From contig OY764265.1 of NCBI GenBank assembly GCA_963668355.1, positions 2,656,001-2,720,000 on the forward strand: a stretch of 64,000 nucleotides of DNA. Reading direction: 5' to 3'. Under the pieces are notes generated by a model. That model ran no database searches. It worked only from the letters and a program-made list of their open reading frames with translations, and was not told the DNA's origin. Positions 49,205 through 58,692 of this stretch are shown in pieces (the first letter of the stretch is position 1; every line of letters starts with the position of its first letter). This stretch comes from Bdellovibrionota bacterium (GTDB lineage: Bacteria; Bdellovibrionota_G; JALEGL01; DATDPG01). The position numbers and the translations under genes are program-made.

Positions 49205-50182
49205 ATGAGCGGACATCCCATTACAGACTTTATTCAACAGCATTTTCGGCATTTTAATGCCGCCGCATTGGTCGATGCCGCAGAGGCCTATAATGATCAA
49301 CTCAAACGGGGAAACAAAATGTTTCTCACGCTCGCTGGGGCCATGAGCACGGCCGAGTTGGGCATTTCTTTGGCCGAAATGATTCGGCAAGAGAAGGTTC
49401 ATGCCATTAGCTGCACGGGAGCCAACCTGGAGGAGGACATCTTCAATTTGGTGGCCCATGACCATTATAAACGGGTTCCGCATTACCGAGATCTCACGCC
49501 CAAGCAAGAAAACGAGCTCCTGGAAAATCACCTCAACCGGGTAACGGACACCTGCATTCCCGAAGAGGAAGCCATGAGACGAGTCGAACGAACCGTCTTG
49601 GAGTACTGGCAAAAGGCTGAAAAAGAAGGAAAAAGAAAGCTCCCCCATGAGTTTCTTTATGCAGTTCTTAGAGATGGCCAACTGAAAAAGCATTATCAAA
49701 TTGATCCGAAAAACAGTTGGATGATTGCGGCAGCCGAGAAGAACCTACCCATCTTCACACCCGGCTGGGAAGACTCCACTTTGGGCAACATCTTTACGGC
49801 CAATGTCATGAGCGAAAAGCTCAAGGGATACTCGTGCATGGCCTCCGGATTGGAAGCCATGGAGGCCTTGGCCAAGTGGTACACCGAAACGGCTCAATCC
49901 CACAAAATCGGCTTCTTTCAAATTGGAGGAGGCATTGCGGGAGACTTTCCCATTTGTGCCGTCCCCATGCTTCGACAAGATCTTAAAAGGGCCCAAACGC
50001 CGCATTGGTCCTATTTCTGCCAAATCAGCGACTCCACCACGAGCTACGGTTCCTACTCCGGAGCGGTCCCCAATGAAAAAATCACATGGGACAAATTGGA
50101 CGCCGACACGCCCAAATTCATCATCGAGTCTGATGCTTCCATTGTCGCTCCGCTGGTTTTTGCCTACGTGCTTGGATGGTAA
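49205..50182 (+). CDS. Bacterial deoxyhypusine synthase-like protein
   Basis: HFNAA, AGAMS, TGANLEED, LNRVTD, IGGG, GSYSGA.PNEKITWDK, SDASI; GGGAGG RBS before ATG 49205. Confidence 0.9.
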   Translation: MSGHPITDFIQQHFRHFNAAALVDAAEAYNDQLKRGNKMFLTLAGAMSTAELGISLAEMIRQEKVHAISCTGANLEEDIFNLVAHDHYKRVPHYRDLTPKQENELLENHLNRVTDTCIPEEEAMRRVERTVLEYWQKAEKEGKRKLPHEFLYAVLRDGQLKKHYQIDPKNSWMIAAAEKNLPIFTPGWEDSTLGNIFTANVMSEKLKGYSCMASGLEAMEALAKWYTETAQSHKIGFFQIGGGIAGDFPICAVPMLRQDLKRAQTPHWSYFCQISDSTTSYGSYSGAVPNEKITWDKLDADTPKFIIESDASIVAPLVFAYVLGW

Positions 50183-50955
50183 AACCACTCTTAAGCTTTG
50201 CGCTGTTGTGCTTGTTTTATAGCCAGGCACACGCGCTTGCCTCAGAACCCAAAGAATTCAGACAGGTCATGAAGGCGCATGGCGGAAAATCCGAATTCTA
50301 TCGCATGCGGGATGTCCAATTCATACGCCAAGTATGTACGCCTCCTTCTTCAAATAAATGTTCGCGTATCTTGGAAAGATTTCTGTTTGAGGATGAGAAA
50401 TCCTTCGGAGAATATGTGTCCGATCCGCCTCCCCATCGCAAAGAATGGTTCGACGGAAACTCCATCCGCATCACTCAGCCCAAGCCTTCTCCGAAAACGC
50501 TCAAGGCCGCTCGAATTCGACGACAGGCCTCCTACTGGTGGTTTTCCCTGCCCTTTAAGCTCGGAGACGACGGACTCCAAACCCAGAGGCGAAAGCCAAG
50601 AACTCTGGAAGGAACCCCCTACCGGATTTTAGAACTCCGTTTTAAACCGGGGGTCGGACATGCCTCTGACACCTACCTAATCTACCTGGACCCTCAAAAC
50701 CTCATCCGATGGGTCCATTTTACGCAGCATGAACTTCGTCCCAACCAATGGTTTCTCATGAAAATGGAACTCCATGAAGTCAGTGGAATCCAATTATTTT
50801 CCAAACGGACTCTCTTTGAGTCGAATGAAAAAGGGGAATTGGGAAAGGTTATGGAAGCGCACACGTTAAGCCAAATCCAATTCTGGAACGGGTTCACAGA
50901 ACAAGACTTTGTTCCACCCAAGCTTCATCAAGAACCCTTTTCTTTTTATGAATAA
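50176..50955 (+). CDS. Exported protein, DUF6503-like
   Basis: Signal peptide; KAHGG and YWWFSLPFKL.D.G, D.Y..Y motifs recalled from that family. Confidence 0.55.
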   Translation: MVKPLLSFALLCLFYSQAHALASEPKEFRQVMKAHGGKSEFYRMRDVQFIRQVCTPPSSNKCSRILERFLFEDEKSFGEYVSDPPPHRKEWFDGNSIRITQPKPSPKTLKAARIRRQASYWWFSLPFKLGDDGLQTQRRKPRTLEGTPYRILELRFKPGVGHASDTYLIYLDPQNLIRWVHFTQHELRPNQWFLMKMELHEVSGIQLFSKRTLFESNEKGELGKVMEAHTLSQIQFWNGFTEQDFVPPKLHQEPFSFYE

Positions 50956-51602
50956 TCCGCCGAAGGACAGTTCGCAGCCAAAACACACTCCCCGCATCGT
51001 GGCTTGATCGCCTTGCAAACCTTCCGACCATGCCAAATCAAACGATGAGAAATCATCGTCCATTCCTTTCGAGAAACCAAAGCCATCAAGTCTTTCTCCA
51101 CCTTCACGGGATCTTTGTGTTCTGAAAACCCCATGCGTCGGGAAAGCCTTCCAACATGTGTATCGACGACCACACCTTCATTTTTTCCAAAGGCCGTGCC
51201 CAAAATGACGTTGGCGGTTTTTCGCCCCACTCCGGGCAATTCCACCAATGCTTCCATCGTATTTGGAACCTTCCCTTTGTGATCTTTCCAGACTTTTTCC
51301 GCCGCCCCTTGAATGGATTTGGCTTTGTTTCGAAAAAATCCGGTTGAGCGAATCAATTCCTCAATCTCCTCTCGAGGAACCGTGGCAAAATCTTTGGGCG
51401 TTCGAAATTTTTGGAATAAATCGGGAGTCACCTTGTTCACTCTTTCGTCTGTGCACTGAGCCGAGAGAATCGTTGAAACCAACAATTGCCACGGATTATC
51501 ATGGAGCAACGCACACTCCACATCGGGATATTCTTTTGCCAAGCCCTTCAAGAGCTTCTTCTTGAAATCCCCAGAATTTGATTTAACTACGCGCTTGGGC
51601 AA
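50946..51602 (-). CDS. nth: Endonuclease III
   Basis: ILSAQCTD, LPGVGRKTAN, VVDTHV, C-x6-C-x2-C-x5-C. Confidence 0.96.
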   Translation of the reverse strand: MPKRVVKSNSGDFKKKLLKGLAKEYPDVECALLHDNPWQLLVSTILSAQCTDERVNKVTPDLFQKFRTPKDFATVPREEIEELIRSTGFFRNKAKSIQGAAEKVWKDHKGKVPNTMEALVELPGVGRKTANVILGTAFGKNEGVVVDTHVGRLSRRMGFSEHKDPVKVEKDLMALVSRKEWTMISHRLIWHGRKVCKAIKPRCGECVLAANCPSADYS

Positions 51603-53313
51603 GACACTTCTCCACTTCAGATACTGATCGTGTATTCAAGACATCGTTCTTTGACAAACCACCCTTCCGGGCCATATTCACACCAAAGTCCAAATCATCA
51701 ATACCATCCACCCGATGGGCATCCGGATTGATGGATACCAGGACCCCTTTCTCTTTGGCGTAAGAAAGAACCCGCCAATCTAAATCCAAGCGGTAAGGAT
51801 TGGCATTGAGTTCCACATATTTTCCCAATTCTTGAGCTCGATCCATAAGTCGATGCAAATTGATTTTAAACCCTTCTCTTGCCAGTAAAATTCTCCCCGT
51901 TGGATGCCCCACCATTGTGCAATACTTGTTTTCGAGTGCCTTTAGACAGCGTTCCGTCATGGCTTCTTCGGTCATTTGAAATTGCGCATGAACCGAAGCC
52001 ACCACAAAATCGAACTCTTTAAGAACGTTCTCCGGATAGTCCAATTTTCCGCTCGGAAGAATGTCGGACTCAATTCCCCAGAAAATTCGAATGTCCGAAT
52101 GCTTTTTTTGAACCCGTTCAATTTCTTTTCTTTGCTTTTTGAGATCGGCTTCCGTCAGACCGTTGGCATAAAATGCCGTCTGACTATGATCTGAAATCCC
52201 AATGTATTTCAGCCCCCTCTCGATCGCCGCCTGGACCATTTCTTCAATTGTATTCTTTCCGTCACTGTAGGTTGTGTGGCAATGGAAAAAGCCCCGGAGG
52301 TCCTTTCGTTGGACAAGATCAAACACATGTTTCTCTTTGGCTAGCTCAATTTCTCCTCGGTCCTCACGTAACTCAGGAGGAACGAACGACATCTTGAGTT
52401 TTTTAAAGAGACTCTCCTCATCCTTACACGAAGCAGAGGTCTTTCCTTTAAAAAGTCCGTATTCATTCATTTTCAGACCCATCGCCTTCGCACGAGACCT
52501 CATTGCAGTATTGTGCTCCTTGCTCCCCGTGAAATGATGTAGAGCAAAAGGAAATTCCTTATCCTTCACGACGCGCAGATCAATCTGAATACCTTCTTGA
52601 TGGAGAATGCTGGTCTTTGTCGTCCCCTGAACCACAATGGAAGACACCGACTTCATGGACACAAACTTCTTCATCACCTCCAACGGCTTTTCCGAGGAGC
52701 AAAGAAGATCAATATCTTTCACGACTTCTTTCTTTCGTCTTAAAGATCCCGCCAGCGAAGCGCGTTTGACTTCTTTCCACGATATCACTTCATTCAATAC
52801 TGCATTGGCGACCAAGATGGCCTCTTTAAATAGGAAACGGCCCAAATTCCGTTTCACATACTCGATGCCTTCCAAAATCTTCTCTTGGGTCTTGGCTCCA
52901 AATCCGGGAAGTTTTAGCAGACGGTTTTCTAGGCAGGCATATTCCAATTCCCCAAGAGACTTAATGGAAAGTTTATCGTATAGAACCTTGATTTTCTTCG
53001 GACCTAATCCTGGAATTTTAAAGAGCTCAAAAAGGGTTTTGGGGAACTCGGAGCGAAGTTCCTGGTGATATAGAAGCTTTCCTTCAATTGCGAGGCCTAA
53101 AATGCTCTCCTCAATTCCCTTCCCTATTCCTTTAATCGACGTGAGTTTTCCGTTTTCAATCAAATCCCCAAAATCTTCATCCAATTCGTCCAGAGCTCGA
53201 GCCGCATTTCCATACGCCCGGATCTTAAAAGGGTTCTCCCCTTTCAATTCCAACAATAAGGAAATCTCTTCTAAAACAGAACCCACTTCATTTCGGTCCA
53301 TTTTAAGTTTCAT
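51583..53313 (-). CDS. polX: DNA polymerase X with PHP domain
   Basis: NPFKIRAY, GSLRR, DIDLL and QIDLR acidic triad, FTGSKEHN; PHP motifs HCHT..SDG, SDH, GIE, GHP, DAH. Confidence 0.95.
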   Translation of the reverse strand: MKLKMDRNEVGSVLEEISLLLELKGENPFKIRAYGNAARALDELDEDFGDLIENGKLTSIKGIGKGIEESILGLAIEGKLLYHQELRSEFPKTLFELFKIPGLGPKKIKVLYDKLSIKSLGELEYACLENRLLKLPGFGAKTQEKILEGIEYVKRNLGRFLFKEAILVANAVLNEVISWKEVKRASLAGSLRRKKEVVKDIDLLCSSEKPLEVMKKFVSMKSVSSIVVQGTTKTSILHQEGIQIDLRVVKDKEFPFALHHFTGSKEHNTAMRSRAKAMGLKMNEYGLFKGKTSASCKDEESLFKKLKMSFVPPELREDRGEIELAKEKHVFDLVQRKDLRGFFHCHTTYSDGKNTIEEMVQAAIERGLKYIGISDHSQTAFYANGLTEADLKKQRKEIERVQKKHSDIRIFWGIESDILPSGKLDYPENVLKEFDFVVASVHAQFQMTEEAMTERCLKALENKYCTMVGHPTGRILLAREGFKINLHRLMDRAQELGKYVELNANPYRLDLDWRVLSYAKEKGVLVSINPDAHRVDGIDDLDFGVNMARKGGLSKNDVLNTRSVSEVEKCLAQARS

Positions 53314-53831
53314 ATGGATCGCATTCCCAACAGATCAAAATCTGTTCGTTTTTTGAATTGGGTTTCCCCGCCATGTTCCGTCGCAATCTCTTGAATGGAA
53401 AGATGAGCTTCCGGATGAATTCGGGCAGGCGAAATGGTCGCCATCGGGACCGAGACATGGGCATATTTCAAGAGATCCGGGTGCGGAAGCGTCTTGCTTC
53501 CCACCTTTCCTTCAACCCCATCCACCCAAATCAAATCAATGTCGATGGTTCGCGGTCCAAATTTCTCACCCTTCTTAGTTCGACCCATAAGACGTTCAAT
53601 TTGAGGAAGTCTTTCCTCCTGAAGGGTTTCTGGGCGAAGTACGGTTTGAAGTTCAAGAACCGCATTCCAAAAAGGAGGTTGGTCCTCAATACCTACGGGT
53701 TTCGTTTCAAACACTGGGGAGACATCCACAATATCGCCCAACCCTCTTAGGGCCGTCATCGCCTCTTCAAAATGTCTTTCCGGTTCGATATTGGATCCCA
53801 GAGATAAAAATGTGGTGAAGATTTCAATCAA
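53310..53831 (-). CDS. folK: 2-amino-4-hydroxy-6-hydroxymethyldihydropteridine pyrophosphokinase
   Basis: SLGSN, F.N, GPRTIDIDL, LPHP. TTG start overlapping folB stop assumed. Confidence 0.92.
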   Translation of the reverse strand: MIEIFTTFLSLGSNIEPERHFEEAMTALRGLGDIVDVSPVFETKPVGIEDQPPFWNAVLELQTVLRPETLQEERLPQIERLMGRTKKGEKFGPRTIDIDLIWVDGVEGKVGSKTLPHPDLLKYAHVSVPMATISPARIHPEAHLSIQEIATEHGGETQFKKRTDFDLLGMRSI

Positions 53832-54195
53832 AATCGGCTTTAGCCCTTTCCATCTCCACGCCCACGGACCTCGCAAATCGGAGGGCTCCGGGTTTTTCCA
53901 CGCATACGCGCGCCCTCGCTACCCCCTTCCCCATCAAGCAAATTCGACAAATATCATTGGCCAAAGCTTCCACGGTGAACCTCTTGGCTTCTTCCACATG
54001 AGAAATGATTTTTTTGGTCAGGGTCCGATAATTGAGATTTTCATCCAGCTCATCCGTTTGAGCCGAAGGCCGGAGATCACAATCGAGTGAAATATTGACC
54101 AAAATGTCTTGCTCAATTTCCCGTTCCCAATCGTTGACCCCGATTACCCCCCGGATCAACAAGTCCCGTATATGAATTTTATCTTTTTGGCTCAT
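53824..54195 (-). CDS. folB: Dihydroneopterin aldolase/epimerase (FolB/FolX family)
   Basis: IGV..WER...Q, LNY, VEALA, KPGA...SVGV. Confidence 0.85.
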   Translation of the reverse strand: MSQKDKIHIRDLLIRGVIGVNDWEREIEQDILVNISLDCDLRPSAQTDELDENLNYRTLTKKIISHVEEAKRFTVEALANDICRICLMGKGVARARVCVEKPGALRFARSVGVEMERAKADFD

Positions 54196-54313
54196 GACGT
54201 GCCCTTTTCTTAACCTTTTTTGAGAAACAAGAAAACCCCTCGGTCCCAAGAGAAAAACCCATTCACTCGAAAGATTTGACCCAAATAGATCCTCTTCGTA
54301 TCTTCCCAAGAAC

Positions 54314-55045
54314 ATGGATTTGAAGGGAAAAAACTGCCTCATTACGGGAGGGGCCAAACGAATCGGAAAGGCCATCGCATTGGCCTTGGCCGAAAAAGGA
54401 TGTCACATTGCCTTTACCTACTTAACTTCATCGCCCGAGGCCATGGAAACGGCAAAGGAAATCGAACGCTTGGGTGTTTCCTGCCACCCCCTCCAAGTAG
54501 ACTTGGGGAACGTGGAAAACCTCGAACCCCTGGTTGCCCAAATCGAACAAGAACTGGGTTCCATTGACATCCTCATTAACAATGCGTCCCGCTTCGAGCC
54601 CTCTCCCTGGCCGAATATTTCCAATTTGGACTGGGACGCAGATCTGAACATCAATTTAAAAGCCCCCTTTTTCCTTTGCCAAGCCATAGGCCCCAAAATG
54701 GTGCAATCCGGAGAGGGGAAAATCATCAACATCGCCGATGGCTCTCTCGAAAAACCCTATCTTTCTCATCTTCCCTACTCCATCGCCAAAACGGGACTCA
54801 TTACCTTAACCAAGGCAATGGCTCAGAAACTCGCACCCCAGGTCCAAGTTATGGCCATCGCGCCGGGCCCCATCCTTTTTCCCGAAGGAAGCTCTTCGAC
54901 CGAACAACAATCGATTCTGGAACAAACCCCCCTGAAAAGGCCTGGGTCACCTGAAGATATTTCATCTGCAGTCCTTTTTCTGCTAGAGGGATCCGATTAT
55001 ATTACGGGGCATACGCTGTTCGTAGATGGAGGAAGGTTCTTGTAA
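54314..55045 (+). CDS. folM: Pteridine reductase FolM/PTR1-like SDR
   Basis: TGGAKRIG, LINNAS, NIAD, YSIAK, IAPG; within pterin cluster. Confidence 0.78.
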   Translation: MDLKGKNCLITGGAKRIGKAIALALAEKGCHIAFTYLTSSPEAMETAKEIERLGVSCHPLQVDLGNVENLEPLVAQIEQELGSIDILINNASRFEPSPWPNISNLDWDADLNINLKAPFFLCQAIGPKMVQSGEGKIINIADGSLEKPYLSHLPYSIAKTGLITLTKAMAQKLAPQVQVMAIAPGPILFPEGSSSTEQQSILEQTPLKRPGSPEDISSAVLFLLEGSDYITGHTLFVDGGRFL

Positions 55046-55047
55046 TC

Positions 55048-55452
55048 ATGCATTCAATCACTCAAGAAATTGATTTTTGTTATGGCCACCGATTGGTTGG
55101 ACATCCTGGTCCCTGTAAGCATTTGCATGGCCACAATGCCCGAGTGGAAATGACATTCGTCGCGAACAAACTGGATGAACGGGGAATGGTCTTGGATTTT
55201 ACGGAAGTGAAAGCCAAAATGAAAACCTGGATCGATGAAACCTTGGACCATCAAATGGTTCTTCACAAAAGCGACCCCATTCTCCCAGTTCTCCAGGAAC
55301 ACGAAGAATCCATTGTCGTGACAGAAATCCCTCCCACGGCGGAGCACTTGGCTCGATTGATCTTCAATCAGGCTCGTTCGTTCGGCCTTCCCATTTCCCG
55401 AGTCGATGTTTGGGAAACCCCACGACAAAAGGCCTCTTTTTTCGAGGAATAA
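55048..55452 (+). CDS. queD: 6-carboxytetrahydropterin synthase (PTPS-I)
   Basis: GHRL, CKHLHGHN (CxxxHGH), GMVLDF, LDH, PTAE, WET. Confidence 0.88.
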   Translation: MHSITQEIDFCYGHRLVGHPGPCKHLHGHNARVEMTFVANKLDERGMVLDFTEVKAKMKTWIDETLDHQMVLHKSDPILPVLQEHEESIVVTEIPPTAEHLARLIFNQARSFGLPISRVDVWETPRQKASFFEE

Positions 55453-55455
55453 AGC

Positions 55456-55761
55456 TTACTGGCTTTTGGGGGCTTCGACGCCATCGGGGAGGGTCTCGAC
55501 GATCATTCCTTCGTGGGCCGGTGTTTGACAACAAAGAACTTCTTCCGAATCGGAACTGTCTCTTCGCAAAACCGCCATGCAGTTTTCACAATTTCCGTTC
55601 CAACAAAAATTTTCAAACTGAATATTGAAATCCAGATACTGATAACAGCGCAACAGCTCCAAACCATCGGGAACTTGGTACTCCGTTCCTTGAATGTGAA
55701 TGGTTACGAGCTGGCTCGTATCGCCAAATAACAGGTTTTTCTCTTCATCTGTCAACGTCAT
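55456..55761 (-). CDS. Small [2Fe-2S] ferredoxin-like protein
   Basis: CWNGNCENC...LCCQTP..EGM pattern as in Fer2_4/NuoG N-terminal domains; ATGA overlap with folE. Confidence 0.75.
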   Translation of the reverse strand: MTLTDEEKNLLFGDTSQLVTIHIQGTEYQVPDGLELLRCYQYLDFNIQFENFCWNGNCENCMAVLRRDSSDSEEVLCCQTPAHEGMIVETLPDGVEAPKSQ

Positions 55762-56345
55762 AGAGCTTTGTGAATTAGGGAGAGAAATTCAGACCGGGTC
55801 GATTGCTTTTCTCTGAAAGCTCCCAACATGGCACTTGTAAGGGCCACAGAATTCTGTTTCTCCACGCCCCGCATTTGCATACAAAGATGTTTCCCTTCCA
55901 TGACCACCGCCACCCCCAGGGGCTTAACCACCCTCTGAATGGTTTCAGCCACTTGCTGAGTCAAACGCTCTTGGACTTGCAATCGCCGGGCATAAATTTC
56001 CACCATGCGAGCCAATTTGGATAACCCGATGATGCTTTTATGGGGAATATAGGCAATATGACATTTCCCGAAAAATGGAAGCATATGATGTTCACAAAGA
56101 CTGAAGAAATCGATGTCCCGAACAACGACCATTTCACTCGTATCAGCCTCAAACACGGCATTATTTAAAACCTCAACCGGATCTTCCTTATATCCCTTTG
56201 TTAAATATGCCAGGGAAGCGGCTACTCGCTCGGGAGTCTTAAGAAGCCCCTCTCGATTCGGATCTTCGCCCAATAATTCCAATATCGATTGAATGTGTTT
56301 TTCCATGAGGCGGCGGATGGAATCAGATTCCGGATCCTTGGTCAA
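55758..56345 (-). CDS. folE: GTP cyclohydrolase I
   Basis: [46 protein letters not shown]. Confidence 0.97.
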   Translation of the reverse strand: MTKDPESDSIRRLMEKHIQSILELLGEDPNREGLLKTPERVAASLAYLTKGYKEDPVEVLNNAVFEADTSEMVVVRDIDFFSLCEHHMLPFFGKCHIAYIPHKSIIGLSKLARMVEIYARRLQVQERLTQQVAETIQRVVKPLGVAVVMEGKHLCMQMRGVEKQNSVALTSAMLGAFREKQSTRSEFLSLIHKAL

Positions 56346-56382
56346 CTACCCTCTTGAAACGTATGCTAAAATGCGTCTCTAA

Positions 56383-57189
56383 ATGGCACGATCAACCGAG
56401 AAGCCCAGAAATCTTCGTAGCCCGCTGGTCTTGTCTGTTCTTTTACATTTACTGATCCTTCCACTCCTTCCCTTGTTTTTTTCGGCCGAAAACTCAGAAG
56501 CTGGAACGCCATCTCCCATGAAGGTTCGCGTTTTTCCCCTTCCAAAGCCCCAAAATGACCGGTTAAAGGGACAAATCGTTGACGTTCCCAATTCTTCTTC
56601 GTCGGAAACCCCAAATCAAAGCCAGTATTTGAGTGATCGAAACCGAACCGTCACGAAACAAACGCAGTCCCGATACACGGGCCCAAATCAGACCCCAGCT
56701 CAATCTCTCGAATCTAAAGACACTCAGGAGGGAAAATTAAACCTCGACCTTCCAAAAACCTTCTTAAAGGAGATGAAGAAGCAACAACAACAACTCGCAG
56801 CCCTCTCTCCAAAGAACTACCTTCCGGAGGTGTCTTTTGGGGACGAGACGCTTCTTAACACCAAGGAATTCGCTTATTCGTCTTTCTATGTCCGGATGAA
56901 ACGACAAATTGAGATGAATTGGTCTCCCCAACGTTTACAACTCAGCGCGCTGGCCGGCAGAGATCAATGGACCACGGTCATTCAATTTACGCTGACCAAG
57001 TATGGCGACCTTGCCAATATGAGAATGCTTCGCTCTTCAGGAAATATGTTTTTGGATCAGGAAGCCCTAAAAGCCATCAAAGCGTCGGCCCCTTTTTTAA
57101 ACCCACCTACGGACCTCATCGAACCCGATGGGAAAATCAGGCGGATTCCCCTCATGCATTTCATTGTCAATACGTCTACGTTGTTTTAA
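56383..57189 (+). CDS. TonB-family energy transducer
   Basis: SVLLH TM motif, spacer, C-terminal RSSG...LDQEAL..I..SAPF.NPP domain. Confidence 0.8.
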   Translation: MARSTEKPRNLRSPLVLSVLLHLLILPLLPLFFSAENSEAGTPSPMKVRVFPLPKPQNDRLKGQIVDVPNSSSSETPNQSQYLSDRNRTVTKQTQSRYTGPNQTPAQSLESKDTQEGKLNLDLPKTFLKEMKKQQQQLAALSPKNYLPEVSFGDETLLNTKEFAYSSFYVRMKRQIEMNWSPQRLQLSALAGRDQWTTVIQFTLTKYGDLANMRMLRSSGNMFLDQEALKAIKASAPFLNPPTDLIEPDGKIRRIPLMHFIVNTSTLF

Positions 57190-57198
57190 GAAATCGCC

Positions 57199-58692
57199 CT
57201 AAGAATTCTTTTTGTTCCATGTGAGAACCGGTTCTCGGGCAGCTGTAGTTTCATCAAAACGTCCGACACCCAAACGATGAGGTGCTTCTTTCACCTTCTT
57301 CGGAGCGTCTTTGGCCTCTTTGGCAATGTGAGCCATGGTTTCCACGAAGTAGTCGAGCGTCCCTTTGGATTCACTTTCCGTCGGTTCGATCATGAGAGCT
57401 CCACGAACGACCAAAGGAAAATAAATGGTTGGAGGGTGAATCCCAAAGTCCATCAAGCGCTTCGCGATGTCCAAGGTGGAAACTTCGTTTTCCTTCATTT
57501 GAATTTTATCGGTGAAAACAGCCTCATGGAGCGTCGGCGAATCATAGGGCAAGTGAAAATGCTTTTTGAGCTTCGCCTTTACGTAGTTAGCGTTCAACAC
57601 GGCTCCTTCGCTGATTTCGGCGATATGTTCCTTGCCAAAAGCATAAATATAGCAAAGGGCACGAACCAACATCCCAAAGTTTCCGTGAAAGGCCCGAAAA
57701 CGTCCAACGGACCTTGGAACAAAATGATCCAAGCTATAAATGCCGTCCCGAAATCGAACAACCGGAACCGGCAAATAATCCAAAAGCTTCTCGGAAACCA
57801 CAACCGGACCCGCTCCAGGACCTCCTCCACCGTGAGGCGTTGAAAACGTCTTGTGCAGATTGATATGCATGCAATCCACGCCCATGGCCGCGATGTTTAC
57901 TTTTCCGACCACCGCATTGAGATTCGCTCCATCGCAATAGACCAATCCACCTCGGTCATGCACCAACTTGGAAATCTCTACAATATGTTCCTCATAAATT
58001 CCCAACGTATTGGGGACCGTGATCATGAGGGCTGCCACATTCTCATCCATGACCTTATCAAGTTCGTCCAGGTCAATCATTCCTTTGTCATTGGATTTGA
58101 CGGTCTTTACTTTGAGATTGGAGAGCGCGGCACTGGCAGGATTGGTCCCGTGTGCAGAATCCGGAATGAGGATCACATTTCGAGTTTTGTTGCCTTTGTG
58201 ACGATGGTAGGCGTTGATCATTTTCACACCGACCAACTCTCCATGAGCGCCGGCAGCCGGATGAAGCGTGCACCCCTTCATTCCCGTAATGGCCATCAAA
58301 GCCTCCTGGAGTTTGTACATCACCTCCAAAGCACCCTGGGAGTGTTTCTCTCCCACCAACGGATGCAAACGGTTAAACCCTTCTTCCGCAGCGACTTTTT
58401 CATTCACTTTGGGGTTGTATTTCATTGTGCAGGAGCCCAAAGGATAGAAACCGTGATCGATTCCAAAATTGAGTTCGGAAATTCGCGTAAAGTGCCGGAC
58501 GACTTCCATCTCAGAAAGGTTGGGAAACTTTGGGATGTCTTCCCGACACAAATCTTCTGGAATGGGCTGATCTGAATCCTTTGAGAAGGAGGGAAAATAC
58601 CCATGGTCCTTTAGAACTTCTGCGCCGTGGTCTTCTTCCCACAAGGTTGGAACTTTATGCCTAGCTCTCTGGCTTTCTCTGGGGCCTTTCAT
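57199..58692 (-). CDS. gcvPB: Glycine decarboxylase subunit 2
   Basis: YPLGSCTMKYNP, SAHGTNPAS, NLHKTFSTPHGGGGPG, MIEPTESE. Confidence 0.96.
   Translation of the reverse strand: MKGPRESQRARHKVPTLWEEDHGAEVLKDHGYFPSFSKDSDQPIPEDLCREDIPKFPNLSEMEVVRHFTRISELNFGIDHGFYPLGSCTMKYNPKVNEKVAAEEGFNRLHPLVGEKHSQGALEVMYKLQEALMAITGMKGCTLHPAAGAHGELVGVKMINAYHRHKGNKTRNVILIPDSAHGTNPASAALSNLKVKTVKSNDKGMIDLDELDKVMDENVAALMITVPNTLGIYEEHIVEISKLVHDRGGLVYCDGANLNAVVGKVNIAAMGVDCMHINLHKTFSTPHGGGGPGAGPVVVSEKLLDYLPVPVVRFRDGIYSLDHFVPRSVGRFRAFHGNFGMLVRALCYIYAFGKEHIAEISEGAVLNANYVKAKLKKHFHLPYDSPTLHEAVFTDKIQMKENEVSTLDIAKRLMDFGIHPPTIYFPLVVRGALMIEPTESESKGTLDYFVETMAHIAKEAKDAPKKVKEAPHRLGVGRFDETTAAREPVLTWNKKNS

Noticed and set aside
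56384..56400. TGGCACG -24-like word
   Set aside because: No -12 element and it overlaps the start codon.
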